Source: Azolla caroliniana
Lineage: Eukaryota > Plantae > Polypodiophyta
Length of the DNA stretch: 33,869 nt
Direction: 5' to 3'
Assembly: GCA_043228905.1 (NCBI GenBank)
Contig: JBHGNT010000334.1
Span: forward strand, 1-33,869
The notes beneath the pieces were generated by a model. It was not told the DNA's origin, searched no databases, and saw only the letters and a list, made by a program, of their open reading frames with translations. Position 1 is the first letter of the stretch. Every line of letters starts with the position of its first letter. Of this stretch, positions 1 through 11,329 are shown piece after piece. The translations under genes and the position numbers were made by a program.

Positions 1-2540
1 AGCATATGAGGAGATCATCACCTTTGGAAACATGCCAGAGGAATTTGGACAGGGGATGATACATCTCATTCCTAAAAGTGGTGGGAGTGCCAATGACATT
101 AGTAAGTGGCGGCCCATAACTCTTCTCAATATTGTCAACAAGTTGCTTGCAAAAACCGAGGCACACTGCTTAGCACCACTTCTCCCACTTCTCCCTCAAC
201 TCATTCATTTGCCCCATATAGGTTTCGTTAGATATCGGAGCATCTTACACAACCTTTTCTCATTTTGGGAAGCAGTAGCCCTTGCCAAGCGTACCAACAA
301 CAAGGTAGTTGTGGTGCTCCTAGATTTTGAGAAAGCATATGACATGGTATGTTGGAACTTTCTAGAAAGTGTGATTGGAAAACTCGGTTTTCAAGAGTCA
401 TGGATCCAACACATTGCAGGATTTTATAAGAACGCCAGCAGTAGTGTTTCATTAGCAGGTGAAAGGGGCCCCTTCTTCCGAATATCGCAGTCTGTACAAC
501 ATGGATGCCCGTTGGCTTCATCCTTATTTCTATTATACGCCGAAGCACTCTCTAGTTTTCTCAACTCGCGACAACTAAACCTACGTGGTCTTAGGGTGCC
601 GCATTCTCACCAAAGCCTACTGGATATAGAATTTGCATATGGCACTGCAATCTACCTACAAGGGGACTTGGAAAATCTACAAAAGCTAGAGAGTGGTTTA
701 GACGTATTTTGCAAGAGATCCAATGCCATGATCAATTGGCACAAATCCTATGCAATATGGCTTTCTCATGAAGCACATCCTGCGTGGCACCCCCCATCCC
801 GCTTTCAAGTGGATCAATCAAGGAGCGAGCACCAAATATTTGGGTTTCCAAATTGGGTTCAATGTCATACCTCCGGAGACTATGATTGCACCAGTTATTC
901 ATTCCATTCAACAAAAGTTGATACATTGGAGTTCAAAAAAAACTCTCACTAGCGGGGATAATGGCAAATCAGGTATTACTCACAACAACATGGTACAGCC
1001 TATCATGTTGGACAATCTCCAAGGAAAGTATACACCAGATTCAGTAATTGGTACGCAACTACATTTGGTCTGGTAAGGAAGATCATGCAACTCAGGCCAA
1101 TGTGGCGTGGCCTATACTCACATCACCTAAGTCGAGAGGAGGATTGGGTCTTATTGATCCCCTCTCACAATCAAAAGCCCTACTCGCCAAAATTGTGGTG
1201 CGAGGACTCCAACCAGGGAATGATTGCTAGAAAAAGTTGTTGCGATTACGTTTCGCTTACTTTAAACCAAAAAAAGGGGCCAATTGGGACCCCAAAACTG
1301 GATGGATTCTAAACATGGAGCTCAAACCTAGTTTCTCCCGCCAATTGGAGGATAGATTCAATGCATCCATGTGGAAGGCGTGGTGTGACATTAGACGAGG
1401 GCTCAAGTGCGACCAACCTAACTCTGAACCTGCTTGGCTCAGTCAACGTATTCTATGGAACCCATGTATAAGAGATGAATCTAATCAACTAATTGGATCA
1501 AGTAAGGGGTTGTCATGGGGATACATTGCAGAAGGTCCAAGAAAAGGTATAGAATGTTGGAGACGGTTTATGTCATTGCCAATACAAGTCCAAGCCAACA
1601 TACTCCATGGAATCATGGGCAGATGGGATATAAGATCTGAAATCATTAACACTCTACTAATTAGGGAAGTTGTTAATCAAAGGATGACAATAGAGAAATG
1701 GATAGGCTACGAGGAGGAGGGCTCTTTGCTCCCCAAAGGTAAGGAAACACCATACATGATCACAAGCTCTGAATTGCAAGACAATGAGACACCAACACAG
1801 AATAAGGCAATTCAAGTTCTAGCGTATACTGGGCATAAATCGATTGTAGATCCTAATCCTATCAAAGTACAACAAGATTGGCACATATGTACCCACGAAA
1901 ACACATGGCTACGTAAGGTTAGTCGGGACCCTTTGCAATGGACATGGCATGATCCTTACGCGGGGCAAGGAAGCAAACCCATCCCTTTCTTTCAATTCAC
2001 AACTAGATTGGGTCGCCATATTCTAGCTGCTCAAACCGCCCAAGAGCCGGCTGCTGCAAAGGTCTGGCACACATATCATGTTCCTCACACAATTATCACC
2101 AAGTTTTGGAAAAAACTCTGGAAACAACAACACGTGGCGAATCACCACTTTCCAATGGTTATTAATACATAGGTCACTACCGGTTGGTGCATGGCAGCGT
2201 GGGAACCTTAGCTCTCCTAATTGTGTAGTGTGCCCAAATGCAATAGAATCAATCTAACACGCTCTGTGGGACTGCCCAGAATCCCATCGAATATGGCAGG
2301 GGGTTGGCCGCTTATTGCAATTATGCCAGGTGCAAGGCTTAATCAAGTGGGGAAATATATGTTGGCTATCATGGCAGGCCCCACTTGACAGATACGAGCA
2401 TTAAGAGGGGATGATTTTGGTGATAAAAGCACAAGAGGTTTTTTTCTCCACCATCGACAATGTCCACTCAACTCCTATGAATGCCAAATCTCAAGTTGTG
2501 TTGGAATTGGTTAGCCCAATAACTCTTTGGACTCTATGGG
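1..2540 (+). mobile_element. Degenerate L1-type LINE (non-LTR retrotransposon) ORF2 remnant: RT, linker and C-terminal CCHC zinc finger (zf-RVT); starts before the window
   Basis: RT motifs WRPITLLN, LLDFEKAYD and QHGCPL, with FAYG at the catalytic FADD position. KYLGFQIG appears after a frameshift near 790, then GGLGL. FWKKLW is followed in a shifted frame by WLLIHRSLPVG and CVVCPNAIESI*HALWDC (about 2222-2275). The last recognisable motif is LWTLW near 2525-2540. Multiple stops and frameshifts. Confidence 0.93.
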
Positions 2541-2571
2541 GGAGAAAAAAGGTAGCAATGGTCTCTCTACT

Positions 2572-2696
2572 ATGGTCTTATATCATTTTTGGTATGGTCA
2601 AGGAATTGCTTAAATGGTCTTATATAATTTTTGGTATGGTCAAGGAATTGTTAAATGGTCTTAGATCATTTTTGGTGTGGTCAAGGAAGTGCTCAA
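2572..2696. repeat. Tandem repeat, 3 copies of a 41-42 bp unit
   Basis: Unit atggtcttatatcatttttggtatggtcaaggaattgcttaa starts at 2572, 2614 and 2655 with few substitutions. Confidence 0.9.
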
Positions 2697-2825
2697 GTTA
2701 ATATTTGCAACGGACACTTAGCATTGATGGGGATCATATTGTTGTGTATCAAAGGTTTCATAAGTATTATCCAACATATTGGAAGTTAACCTTTGTATGA
2801 TATATGTGTTTAAGAAACCATTCTT

Positions 2826-3940
2826 TTCAACCGTTTACTTGCAATTCAAGCATAACGGGGTTTGGTCACCACTAACCAATTATCTATCTAGATAGAACTC
2901 GAAGGAAGATATCTTGGTATCCTTCTAACAAATACTAGCTTTGATGCGTAAGGTGATTTGATTTCAATTGTATTCAAAGTGCTAGTAGTTGAGAATGAGA
3001 ATGATTGGTGTTGTTTTCTTCAAAGTTTTAAGCATGCTCTTTAGTACATAAGTGCATTAACATTTATTTTATGTAGAGTAATGGGTTTAGTTGATTGGGT
3101 CATGTTGTTTACAGGTAATATGACACATGGATAATGCTTGAGCCATTTTGTAGACACTTTCAAAAAATCATTTAAAAGCACTCAAGGAGTAGGGATATTG
3201 TGGAAAGTTGCATATATGACTAATGCTCAAGATTTTGATGTTGATATTGGAGAAATACAACCTATAAATAGTAGCACTAATGATTGGATTATGAATAGTG
3301 CAACCCCTACACAATGTATCACATGTAAGTTTTCAAGGCCAAAGTTTGGATATTTGACATCTAACATTGTTGAGTCCCTAAATGCATGGTTTCTCGAGGA
3401 TAGATAAATGTTTATGCTAGGGAAGACGAAATTGATAAGCCTACATGCAATATCATGGTTTTCTAAAAGAAGGGTCAAACACAGAAAGTTTTAGTGATTT
3501 TCTTTGGTTGGCAACACATAATGTGTTGATTGGATATGCAAAGAAATCCATCGGAGGATTTTATGAATGTAGAGTTTATACCAAATTTCACCATTCACTA
3601 GTGTTGTCTTTGAGATCCATACTCCAACAAACACTAGGATAGTTCATGTGAGTAAGAGATGTATTTGTGGAAGGTGGCAATATGTGGCAACCTCAATCCT
3701 GTCAATTCTTAACCATTACCATATTATGCTACTTAACAAGAGTACAATGTGCGACTTACCAAATTTCACCATTGACTAATATAGTCTTTGAGATTCATAC
3801 TCCAACAAACATTAGGATAGTTAATGTGAGTAAGAGACATGTATTTGTGGAAGGTGGCAATTTATGACAATCTCAATCCTGTCAACTCTTAACCATTACC
3901 ATATTATGCTACTTAACAAGAATACAATATGCTACATACC
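2826..3940 (+). mobile_element. Degenerate Mutator-like (MULE/MuDR) transposase remnant with SWIM zinc-finger start
   Basis: Hand translation gives GFGHH*PIIYLDRT, then GRYLGILLTNTSFDA*GDLISIVFKVLVVENENDWCCFLQSFKHAL (MULE domain). FGYLTSNIVESLNAWFLEDR matches the T.N.AES.N motif. FEIHTPTNTRIVHVSKRCICGRWQ is the SWIM start. No TIRs found. Confidence 0.85.
3579..3940. repeat. Tandem duplication of about 178-180 bp inside the MULE remnant
   Basis: taccaaatttcaccatt...ttaaccattaccatattatgctacttaacaaga occurs from 3579 and again from 3757. Confidence 0.92.
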
Positions 3941-5055
3941 ATATTGTTACATATAGTAAATGACAACAAGATAACTAGAAATCCTTGTCTAATTGTTCTT
4001 TAAATTGAAATAGGTGGGGTTACCACTCCATTAAGCATCACAAGTGAAACCAAATCCTCATCAATTGTTCATATCAACCTTGATGTACATTTCCAAAACC
4101 CAATTGACTTGGAAAAGACCAATCCAAATAGAAAGATTTATAAAAATGATAATCTTATGGCATTTTGTGAATGAGGTGGTTTAGAAGTCATGATTAACAT
4201 TGAGAGGTAAAGTATTCATTTGAATTGTTATGGTGGAAACCATTCCTTTGGGAGATTCCTTAAACTGAAGAAAAATTGCTAATGGAATATGTTTACTTGG
4301 CTCAGTTGAAATGGAGAGATATAGGCACTAATTTGTTTCTTATCTACTCACAACAATGGTTTGAAACATAACCAATGCAATGTAAATGTCTTTGATTGGA
4401 GTAGTAAGATCTCCATTCACTTGGTTTTTGCATGTGTGGAATTGAGTGCAAAGATGCCACACTTCCAAATTGGAGTACTTAAGGTGTTATGGACTATGGT
4501 TAAATTTCAAGTATTACAAATGCCTTTACATTTGGTTCACAAGTTGGGGTGAAGAAAATACGTTGCAAGGTTTTTTTGTAGCAATTCTCATTGTTGGAAA
4601 AGTTGAGGAATCTATCACAATGATAATCATGTTAACGTCACGAGCACGACTATAATTTATCGGGTGGTAGTTTGTATTGTAGTATTCTATACACGAGGAT
4701 AAAAGTGTGAGGGTTAATCGAGAGTGTATAGAAAAGGAGGATTACTTTTAATCAAAGGGATTAAGACAGAGGGTGAAGTGTGAACTTACCTAGGGGCCTT
4801 AGGGCTATCTATAAATATGAGGGCGAGCTATCCTCATTAGAACAAATGGTCATGCCCATAATGGTTAGGTAGCAATTCATAAGGTTGGGAATGAATTCTT
4901 AGTTTTTGGATCTTAAGCAAATCCAAAGTTCATTGTTACTCTCGTTGGTGTGGATGTAAATTCCATCGTAAATAGTTATGGTGGTATTTTTTCTTTTGGA
5001 TTGAAAGCTATTATTTATGCACACACACACACACATAGAGACCAATGGAGATCAG

Positions 5056-5315
5056 TGTTGAAGATGAGGTCGTCAATGCAGGAACAGAGACACCATCTAG
5101 AGAGTGAGAGAGACAAAGGCACAAGATGTAACTATATTATAATTCAAAAGAACATTACAATACAAAGAAATGGTGACTACAACAAACTAGTTACAAACTC
5201 AGTTATATATGACTGAGTTAGGGCAACTACCTTTGATCATATTACAAATATGTCCTAGTCTAGTTTGTCCAAATTGGACAATGTGAATACGACCATTATA
5301 TACCCGTATTCCACA
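5056..5315 (-). repeat. 3' LTR of the Copia element (260 bp, TG...CA)
   Basis: Runs tgttg...ttccaca and aligns to 7494-7901. Followed directly by ctccccc (PPT complement). Confidence 0.9.
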
Positions 5316-5322
5316 CTCCCCC
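5316..5322 (-). other. Polypurine tract of the Copia element
   Basis: Reads gggggag on the minus strand immediately before the 3' LTR. Confidence 0.8.
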
Positions 5323-5558
5323 GTAATGGGCGTGTATAACAAAAATCTGTAATTATAAGAGAATAAACAAAATACATATTTATACAAAGAGATGTTTAGG
5401 GAAGTTCAACTGGTTCCCAGATCGGCATGGGCTAAATAACAAAAGTTGAATCGGCTAGTCCGAAAAGTAGTAATCGGATCAAAGTGAATTTGTTGAAGTG
5501 TCCGAAGAAGATTGTCCGAGGCCATCTTTGTGTCCGACTTAATCAGACTGGTTTCTCC

Positions 5559-6708
5559 TTAAGCCATTTGGTGCCTTAGTGACCAGAATCGGTCAGTTGA
5601 GAGACACTTGGTCGTTCTGTTTGATATGTTGTTGGCCATAAAGATCTTCTCAAGGCCGAGCTTACCTAAAGTTACACAATCCCAAACGAAGTGATATCGA
5701 AGGTCGATGTGCTTCGAGGCTTTGTGGTGGACTGGATTCCTCGACAAGGTGACAATACCCTGACTGTCGATGTAGACAACTAGAGCCAAATTGGAGTCGG
5801 CTTGTCGAAACGTGCATGCCAGGCGATCGAGCCACAAAGCTTCCTTCATCATGTTGGACGCAGCTATGTATTCGGCCTCAGTCATCAAAGTGGTCGTGCA
5901 CTCCTGAAATTTCGACTTCCATGATATTGCTCCATTGCCAAATTTGAAGAGATATTCGGTCATCGACTTTCAATTGTCTACACAGCCGGCAAAGTTCAAG
6001 TCAATGTAGTCGACTATATTGAGTTCTTGTTCGGGCCAAAGAGGATGCCAAGGCCTTGGTGGGAAGTTCCCACCAAATATCTATATACATGCTTAACTGC
6101 ATTCCAATGTTGTCAGACGGGCTTGTGCATACTCCTACAACATGTGCTATTTCAGGTTGTGTCACAACCATGGCGTACATTAGGGAGCTGACTACCAATG
6201 TGTACGGTACGAATTCATATCTTCCCCCTCCGGACCGGATGTTGGACAATCTCGCTAAGACAACTGAAGGCTAATGGGGAGCGGGGTTGAAGCATATTTG
6301 ACCAATTGCATGTTGAAGTGCTCCAGGACACGTTTGATGTAGTCAGCTTGAGACAAGAACAATAGCCATTGATTCCGTAGCTTGTGTCATGTTGGACCTA
6401 TCCTTCATTGCGAACTTCAACCGCAGTTGTCAAACAAGATCGGCTAGCCCTCCGGCATGTCGGTCGGAGAGAAGCATGTCATCCACATAGACGATGAGGA
6501 AGATGGGTGATCCATCTTGAGTTATTTTCGAGAAAAGGCAGTGGTCCTCATCGCTCTTGAAGAAGTTGACCAATTGGATGAATTCGTCAAACTTCTTATA
6601 CCATTGTTGTGGGGCCCACTTTAGACCATAAAGACTCTTCTTGGGTCGACAGACTAGACGTTCTTGGCCGGGTTTAATGAAGCGGCCGATATGATCCTTT
6701 ACTATCAT
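5559..6708 (-). pseudogene. Copia pol fragments: RT C-terminal part and RNase H, frameshifted
   Basis: KKSLYGLKWAPQQWYKKFD and LIVYVDDML (RT), VPYTLVVSSLMYAMVVTQPEIA (RT C-terminus), ISWKSK, TEAEYIA, DSQG and NPVHHKASKHIDLRYHFV (Copia RNase H). Confidence 0.93.
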
Positions 6709-7479
6709 GTAATCCTACATTTGCTCCTTCCAAAAGTTGAAGTTTGATCTGTCAAACTTATTAAGACTCATCTTTGATGAGCCGGATGTGGATGTCATTT
6801 CTTGTTTGTGTTGGCTTAGAGTTCTGCCCGAAGTTGGCTACAATCGATGAAAGGGTGCTGATTTAACTGAATTGGACATAAAGTCAATCGACTAGTTGGT
6901 TTTTCCAGCCCAAAGTAACGTCAATTGAATCGAAGTAGAGCTTACTAGTCTATTCCAATGAAGCCTACTCAGATTCGGGCACAGATTTGTCAATTGAATT
7001 GCTGATTATGAATTCGAATGTTGATTTGATCTTCGATCCTGCTTGAAGTGGCTACAACAACTAGAGGGACAGAGTCTATTGATCTTCTTGAATGTTGCTT
7101 AGGCAAGTTGAGCATGGATGTGTCCGAACAAGGTGTCGGTCACAGTTTGAGTGCACGCGGTGCCATTTGCAATGTTGATCCTACTTCGAGAGGTTACAAC
7201 GAATAGATGGGCAACGCCAACTGGCCTAATTGTATGTCATTTAACCTTATGAAGAACGGATGAGGCCGAGTTGATGGGGATTCCACTCCGAGTGACTACA
7301 ATCACGAGAACGAAGTACATCCAATTGGCTTGTTTGGGGAGTGATTTAGATCAATAGAGTGTGAATCAACTAGTGTATCTTTCTCTTCATGGAGTGCGAT
7401 CTTGTAAGTTACCAATCAGAAGATTTCTGGGATATTTTTGAAGACAAGTGACAGCCAGCAACAATTTAAGAAACATGTC

Positions 7480-7491
7480 GTTTTGATACCA
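7480..7491 (-). other. Primer binding site resembling the tRNA-iMet PBS
   Basis: Minus strand reads tggtatcaaaac, 2 nt after the 5' LTR. The canonical plant PBS is tggtatcagagc. Confidence 0.8.
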
Positions 7492-7493
7492 AA

Positions 7494-7621
7494 TGTTGAA
7501 GATGAGGTCGTCAGTGCGAGAACAGAGACAACTTCCAGATGTTGATTGACGACGACAAGTTAATGATATAGTAACAAGATGAATAGCATATAGCCAAGAG
7601 TTGCAAGACAACTCAACCGAA

Positions 7622-7717
<96 letters not shown>

Positions 7718-7901
7718 GCACAAGATGTAACTATATTATTCAAAATAACGTTACAATACAAAGAAATGGTGACCACAACAAACTTAGTTATATATGATTG
7801 AGTTAGGGCAATTGCCCTTTGATCATATTATAAATATGTCCTAGTCTAGTTTTTCGAAATGGGACAGTGTGAATACATCCATTATATACCTGTATTCGAG
7901 A
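7494..7901 (-). repeat. 5' LTR of the Copia element (408 bp) containing (GA)25(CA)20
   Basis: Aligns to 5056-5315. The outer terminus has mutated (ttcgaga versus ttccaca). Compound microsatellite at 7625-7714. Confidence 0.88.
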
Positions 7902-10900
7902 ACCAGGAGGCCATGGGTTCAACCCCTACATTCCACTGTGGTATCTAGTGAATTAAGAGATATGTGTGGAGAAGTGAGAAAATTGGGTTTCGAACCCAAA
8001 ACATAATGCTCGTAGTCTAATGACTTATCACTAGGGTAACCTAATTACAATAAAATAATAATAAAAGAGCGACATATCATGGCTTAAGAGGGACTTCTTT
8101 TGAGTTTCATTTGATGATTGCCAAGAAGAAAGATGCATATTGATGGATCACATTTGGATTTACATTTCCACCCCTCATATGTATACATGCATACATGCAC
8201 ATGTGTATGTATGCACAACCATACATGATACATGCATATATAATGCACAATGTGACATTGCCCATATTTCGTTGAAACTTTTGCAAGCAGCAAATTTTGC
8301 TACAAGAGTTTTTTCATCTATTGTGTGCAACATTTTCACGTGTATTTAATTCTTTTATTTTTCTAAAGTTTCCAAAGCTCCACATCAACACGAACATAGC
8401 TACCAATGAATATGTAGTATATTAAGTATTCTATAATATTTATTGTCATGTCTCTTCTTGAAGGCATGTTAACCCTTGGAACCATTGCATCATATTGCTT
8501 TACCATTTTAAAAGAATTACATTGTCCTAAGCTTTCATTGATATGTCGACACACACAGTTTTATTTCCAAAACCTTTCATTGCAAGCAAATCTTGAAAAT
8601 TAAATAGAGAAGCATATAGTCTTGTCTTACATGGGGACTCACTAGCTTGTCAGAGAAAACTTTATGTTGTCACACTTAGTTGTATTTCTTCATTAACATT
8701 TGTGACCATGTTACTCTCGATCATTACAATGAGACATTTCCATACACTTATGTTTAAAAAGTGTGCCTTTGGAAAGTTTGCACCATATCGCTTTGTAACA
8801 TTTAAAAGTAACCATTTTATGTCGAAGCCACATATTTCCTAAAGTTGATCGTAATGCATTATGTTCTCAAACTTAATTTTATGTCAATGCGAATGGTAGT
8901 GTTCATGTTCTTCCAATCATTGGCAACGAAAACTTGCCATTATGATTCTATTTATGACATTATTTTGTCTTCATCATAAATTCCAATACGATCCTTATTC
9001 CTGAAATAACAACCTTCTAATGACGTGGTCACTGCCCGTTTGCGCTTATGGCAGAAATGGCGGAACACACCGATGGTGAAGCAAGGAGGAAATGGCCCGA
9101 GGTGGAACTACCAGTCCCCAAGTTAGTTGTTTCCTACTCGCCTCCCACCCTCCTTTCATTGTAGGCCACAGGATCCGGCTCATACTGGTCGGTGATGAAG
9201 GGCACTAGTTTATAGCTATAGGTACCTACTTACATTAAGTACTCAATTTGAAAGGATATGTACGTAGTCTCATATTCTTGAACTCGGTTAGAGGGTGATT
9301 CCCCAACTTATCTATAAGCCACCTTGTATAGTCTTTCTGTAATAATCTCTCCTAACTAATGGGAAAGTGGTTTTGTTTTGGAAAAAAAAAACTTTCTAAG
9401 GAGTTTGGTACCATTATTTTTCTTCTATGATAATTCACTATGCCTACTTCTCTGATTGTTTCATGTTTAATATCAATGAAATAACTTGGCATGGTCAAAT
9501 AAATTGAGAAGTTGTATGGGGTGCTTCATTCTTTAATATTTTGGACCCATAATGCAAGCATATAAGTTCATACCCCTTATAAAGAAAGGTAATGAGTTAC
9601 TATGCAAACAAGTGTGATTTGTACCCATTGACTATGAAATCATAAAGCCTCAATTAAATAAACCATAATAGAACTTACTAACGACATGTTTATAGAAAAT
9701 AATGCTAAGCAAGATGAAAAATCATTAACAAAAATGCAAGATCACAATAATCCATGACACTCACAATTCTTCAAGCCCCGTGCTCTATCATAGTATGTTT
9801 GCTATGTGCTAATATATTTACACCTTTAGTCCTTCCCTTTGGTTTCCATGTCTTGCGATTCTAAGGTGTGGTGTGAGATTTCATTTGCTCTTTATGTTCA
9901 AATGGGTATAATAATAATCTTGATTCTGATACGAGAAATTCAAACAATAAATATTTTAAGCCCATATTGCAGAATTGGAGTTTAAACAATAAATATTTTA
10001 TTCGTGCTAAAGTGGAGGCCTTCTCAAGGTTTATGTGGTCTTATAGCTCGACGTAGCAATGGAATTTTCTCAAGGTTTATATGTGCTCTGCTAGCAAAGG
10101 TGTTATTGGCAACAATGTAGTTTTTTGATAATATGTATTTGTGCAGAGGAAACAGTATTATGTACTATTTGTATATTGCCTTTGGCTTTTTATTAATACC
10201 AATGGAGCATATTTTTATGGAAAAAAAAAAGAAGAAGCCACTTGTGAATAAGTTATGTCTTGACTCGAGTGATCCCCAAACGAGCATACATCAAAAGGAA
10301 TTCACAAAGCAAGGAAATGATTATTTGTTAGTAAATCGACAAAGATTTGCACATCACTAACAAATAAGGTATCTAGCTTTATTGCATGCATCACTACCTA
10401 TTGTGGATTGTGTCTATGTTAAGCCATATTTCTCTTTGTCAAGGGAAATCATGAACAACGAGAACATCCTTCCTACAAAGAGTACTCACTAGTAACTACA
10501 TAGATTAATTAGATCCACCGCCTATTTAACATCTTACTTCGTTACTTGTGAATCTAACAATGATGCTAGATAGATCATTTATTCACCACTTTGGGATGCC
10601 CGTCTTTGTGAGGAGCCAAGTCTCCAATCCTAGTATCGAATCTCGACATGTTAAATGATTGATTTATGAAGAATTTTTACTTCTCCATTATGTGACAAGT
10701 AACACATGTTACGAGATATGATTGTTGGCCATTACAGCCAATAAGAATGAATAAAGTCACTAAGCCAGTGAAGTTCACAAGGCTCCAAGTCTAGATGAGA
10801 TGTCTCAAACCTTATTTAATAGAAAGAAGCTCTATGATTTATTTAAATTTTACATTTTTGGTTAATAAGCATGATCAGAATTTCATGTGAGGTTTGAAGT

Positions 10901-11329
10901 TTGAACTATCAAGTACCATGAATCATGATGACAGATGATGGTATAAGATATTGAACTCTTATTTTTATTTCTTGCAATTTTCTATCTTCTAAATAGCTTT
11001 TAAGAACATTCAAGCCCCTTCTATATTTTTATGGAAGTTTGGAGCTTGAATGGTCATACCTTGTACACCAACAAAAAATTTAACGTTGTTTTGTTTTCAA
11101 AGTATATAGAAAATTGTAGCTATGAACATACATAAAGTATTGCTTGTATAATAAAATACCTTGAAAGTCTTGTTTAAACAAATGTAGTTGTCATGTACAC
11201 AAAACAAGATCTAGGTTGCATTATATGAGATCCCAACAATATTAGCATTCTAGGATTGTATTGTTGTTTGATAACATCTTGTATCAACTGATTAGAAATG
11301 TATGGAAAAGTTTTGTAATGACGAGAACA

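Larger units (their letters stand above)
5056..7901 (-). mobile_element. Internally deleted Ty1/Copia LTR retrotransposon (non-autonomous, 2846 bp)
   Basis: Two LTRs both begin tgttgaagatgaggtcgtc on the plus strand (5056 and 7494). Flanks are atcag (5051-5055) and accag (7902-7906), a 4/5 TSD match. PBS and PPT are in the expected positions, and Copia RT and RNase H fragments lie on the minus strand. Confidence 0.92.

Noticed and set aside
2572-2696. CRISPR-like array
   Set aside because: Units are contiguous with no unique spacers, the context is eukaryotic, and there are no cas genes.
4200-4620. Possible degraded retroelement RNase H or other coding relic (ORFs 4361-4552 and 4446-4655)
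   Set aside because: Only vague motif resemblance across several frames, which cannot be supported without a profile search.
4660-4990. Possible solo LTR (tataaata box, purine-rich lead-in, 10-bp inverted repeat ttctatacac/gtgtatagaa)
   Set aside because: No clear TG...CA ends, TSD or partner copy in the window.
7387-7801. ORFs with CVCV/SLSL and ERER/THTH runs
   Set aside because: They are translations of the (GA)n(CA)n microsatellite in the LTR.
7975-8040. Functional tRNA gene
   Set aside because: Has box-like motifs, but the acceptor and anticodon stems do not pair. Kept only as a possible tRNA-derived relic.
8084-9000. Short ORFs and a possible transposase relic
   Set aside because: RY-type low-complexity DNA with no diagnostic motif.
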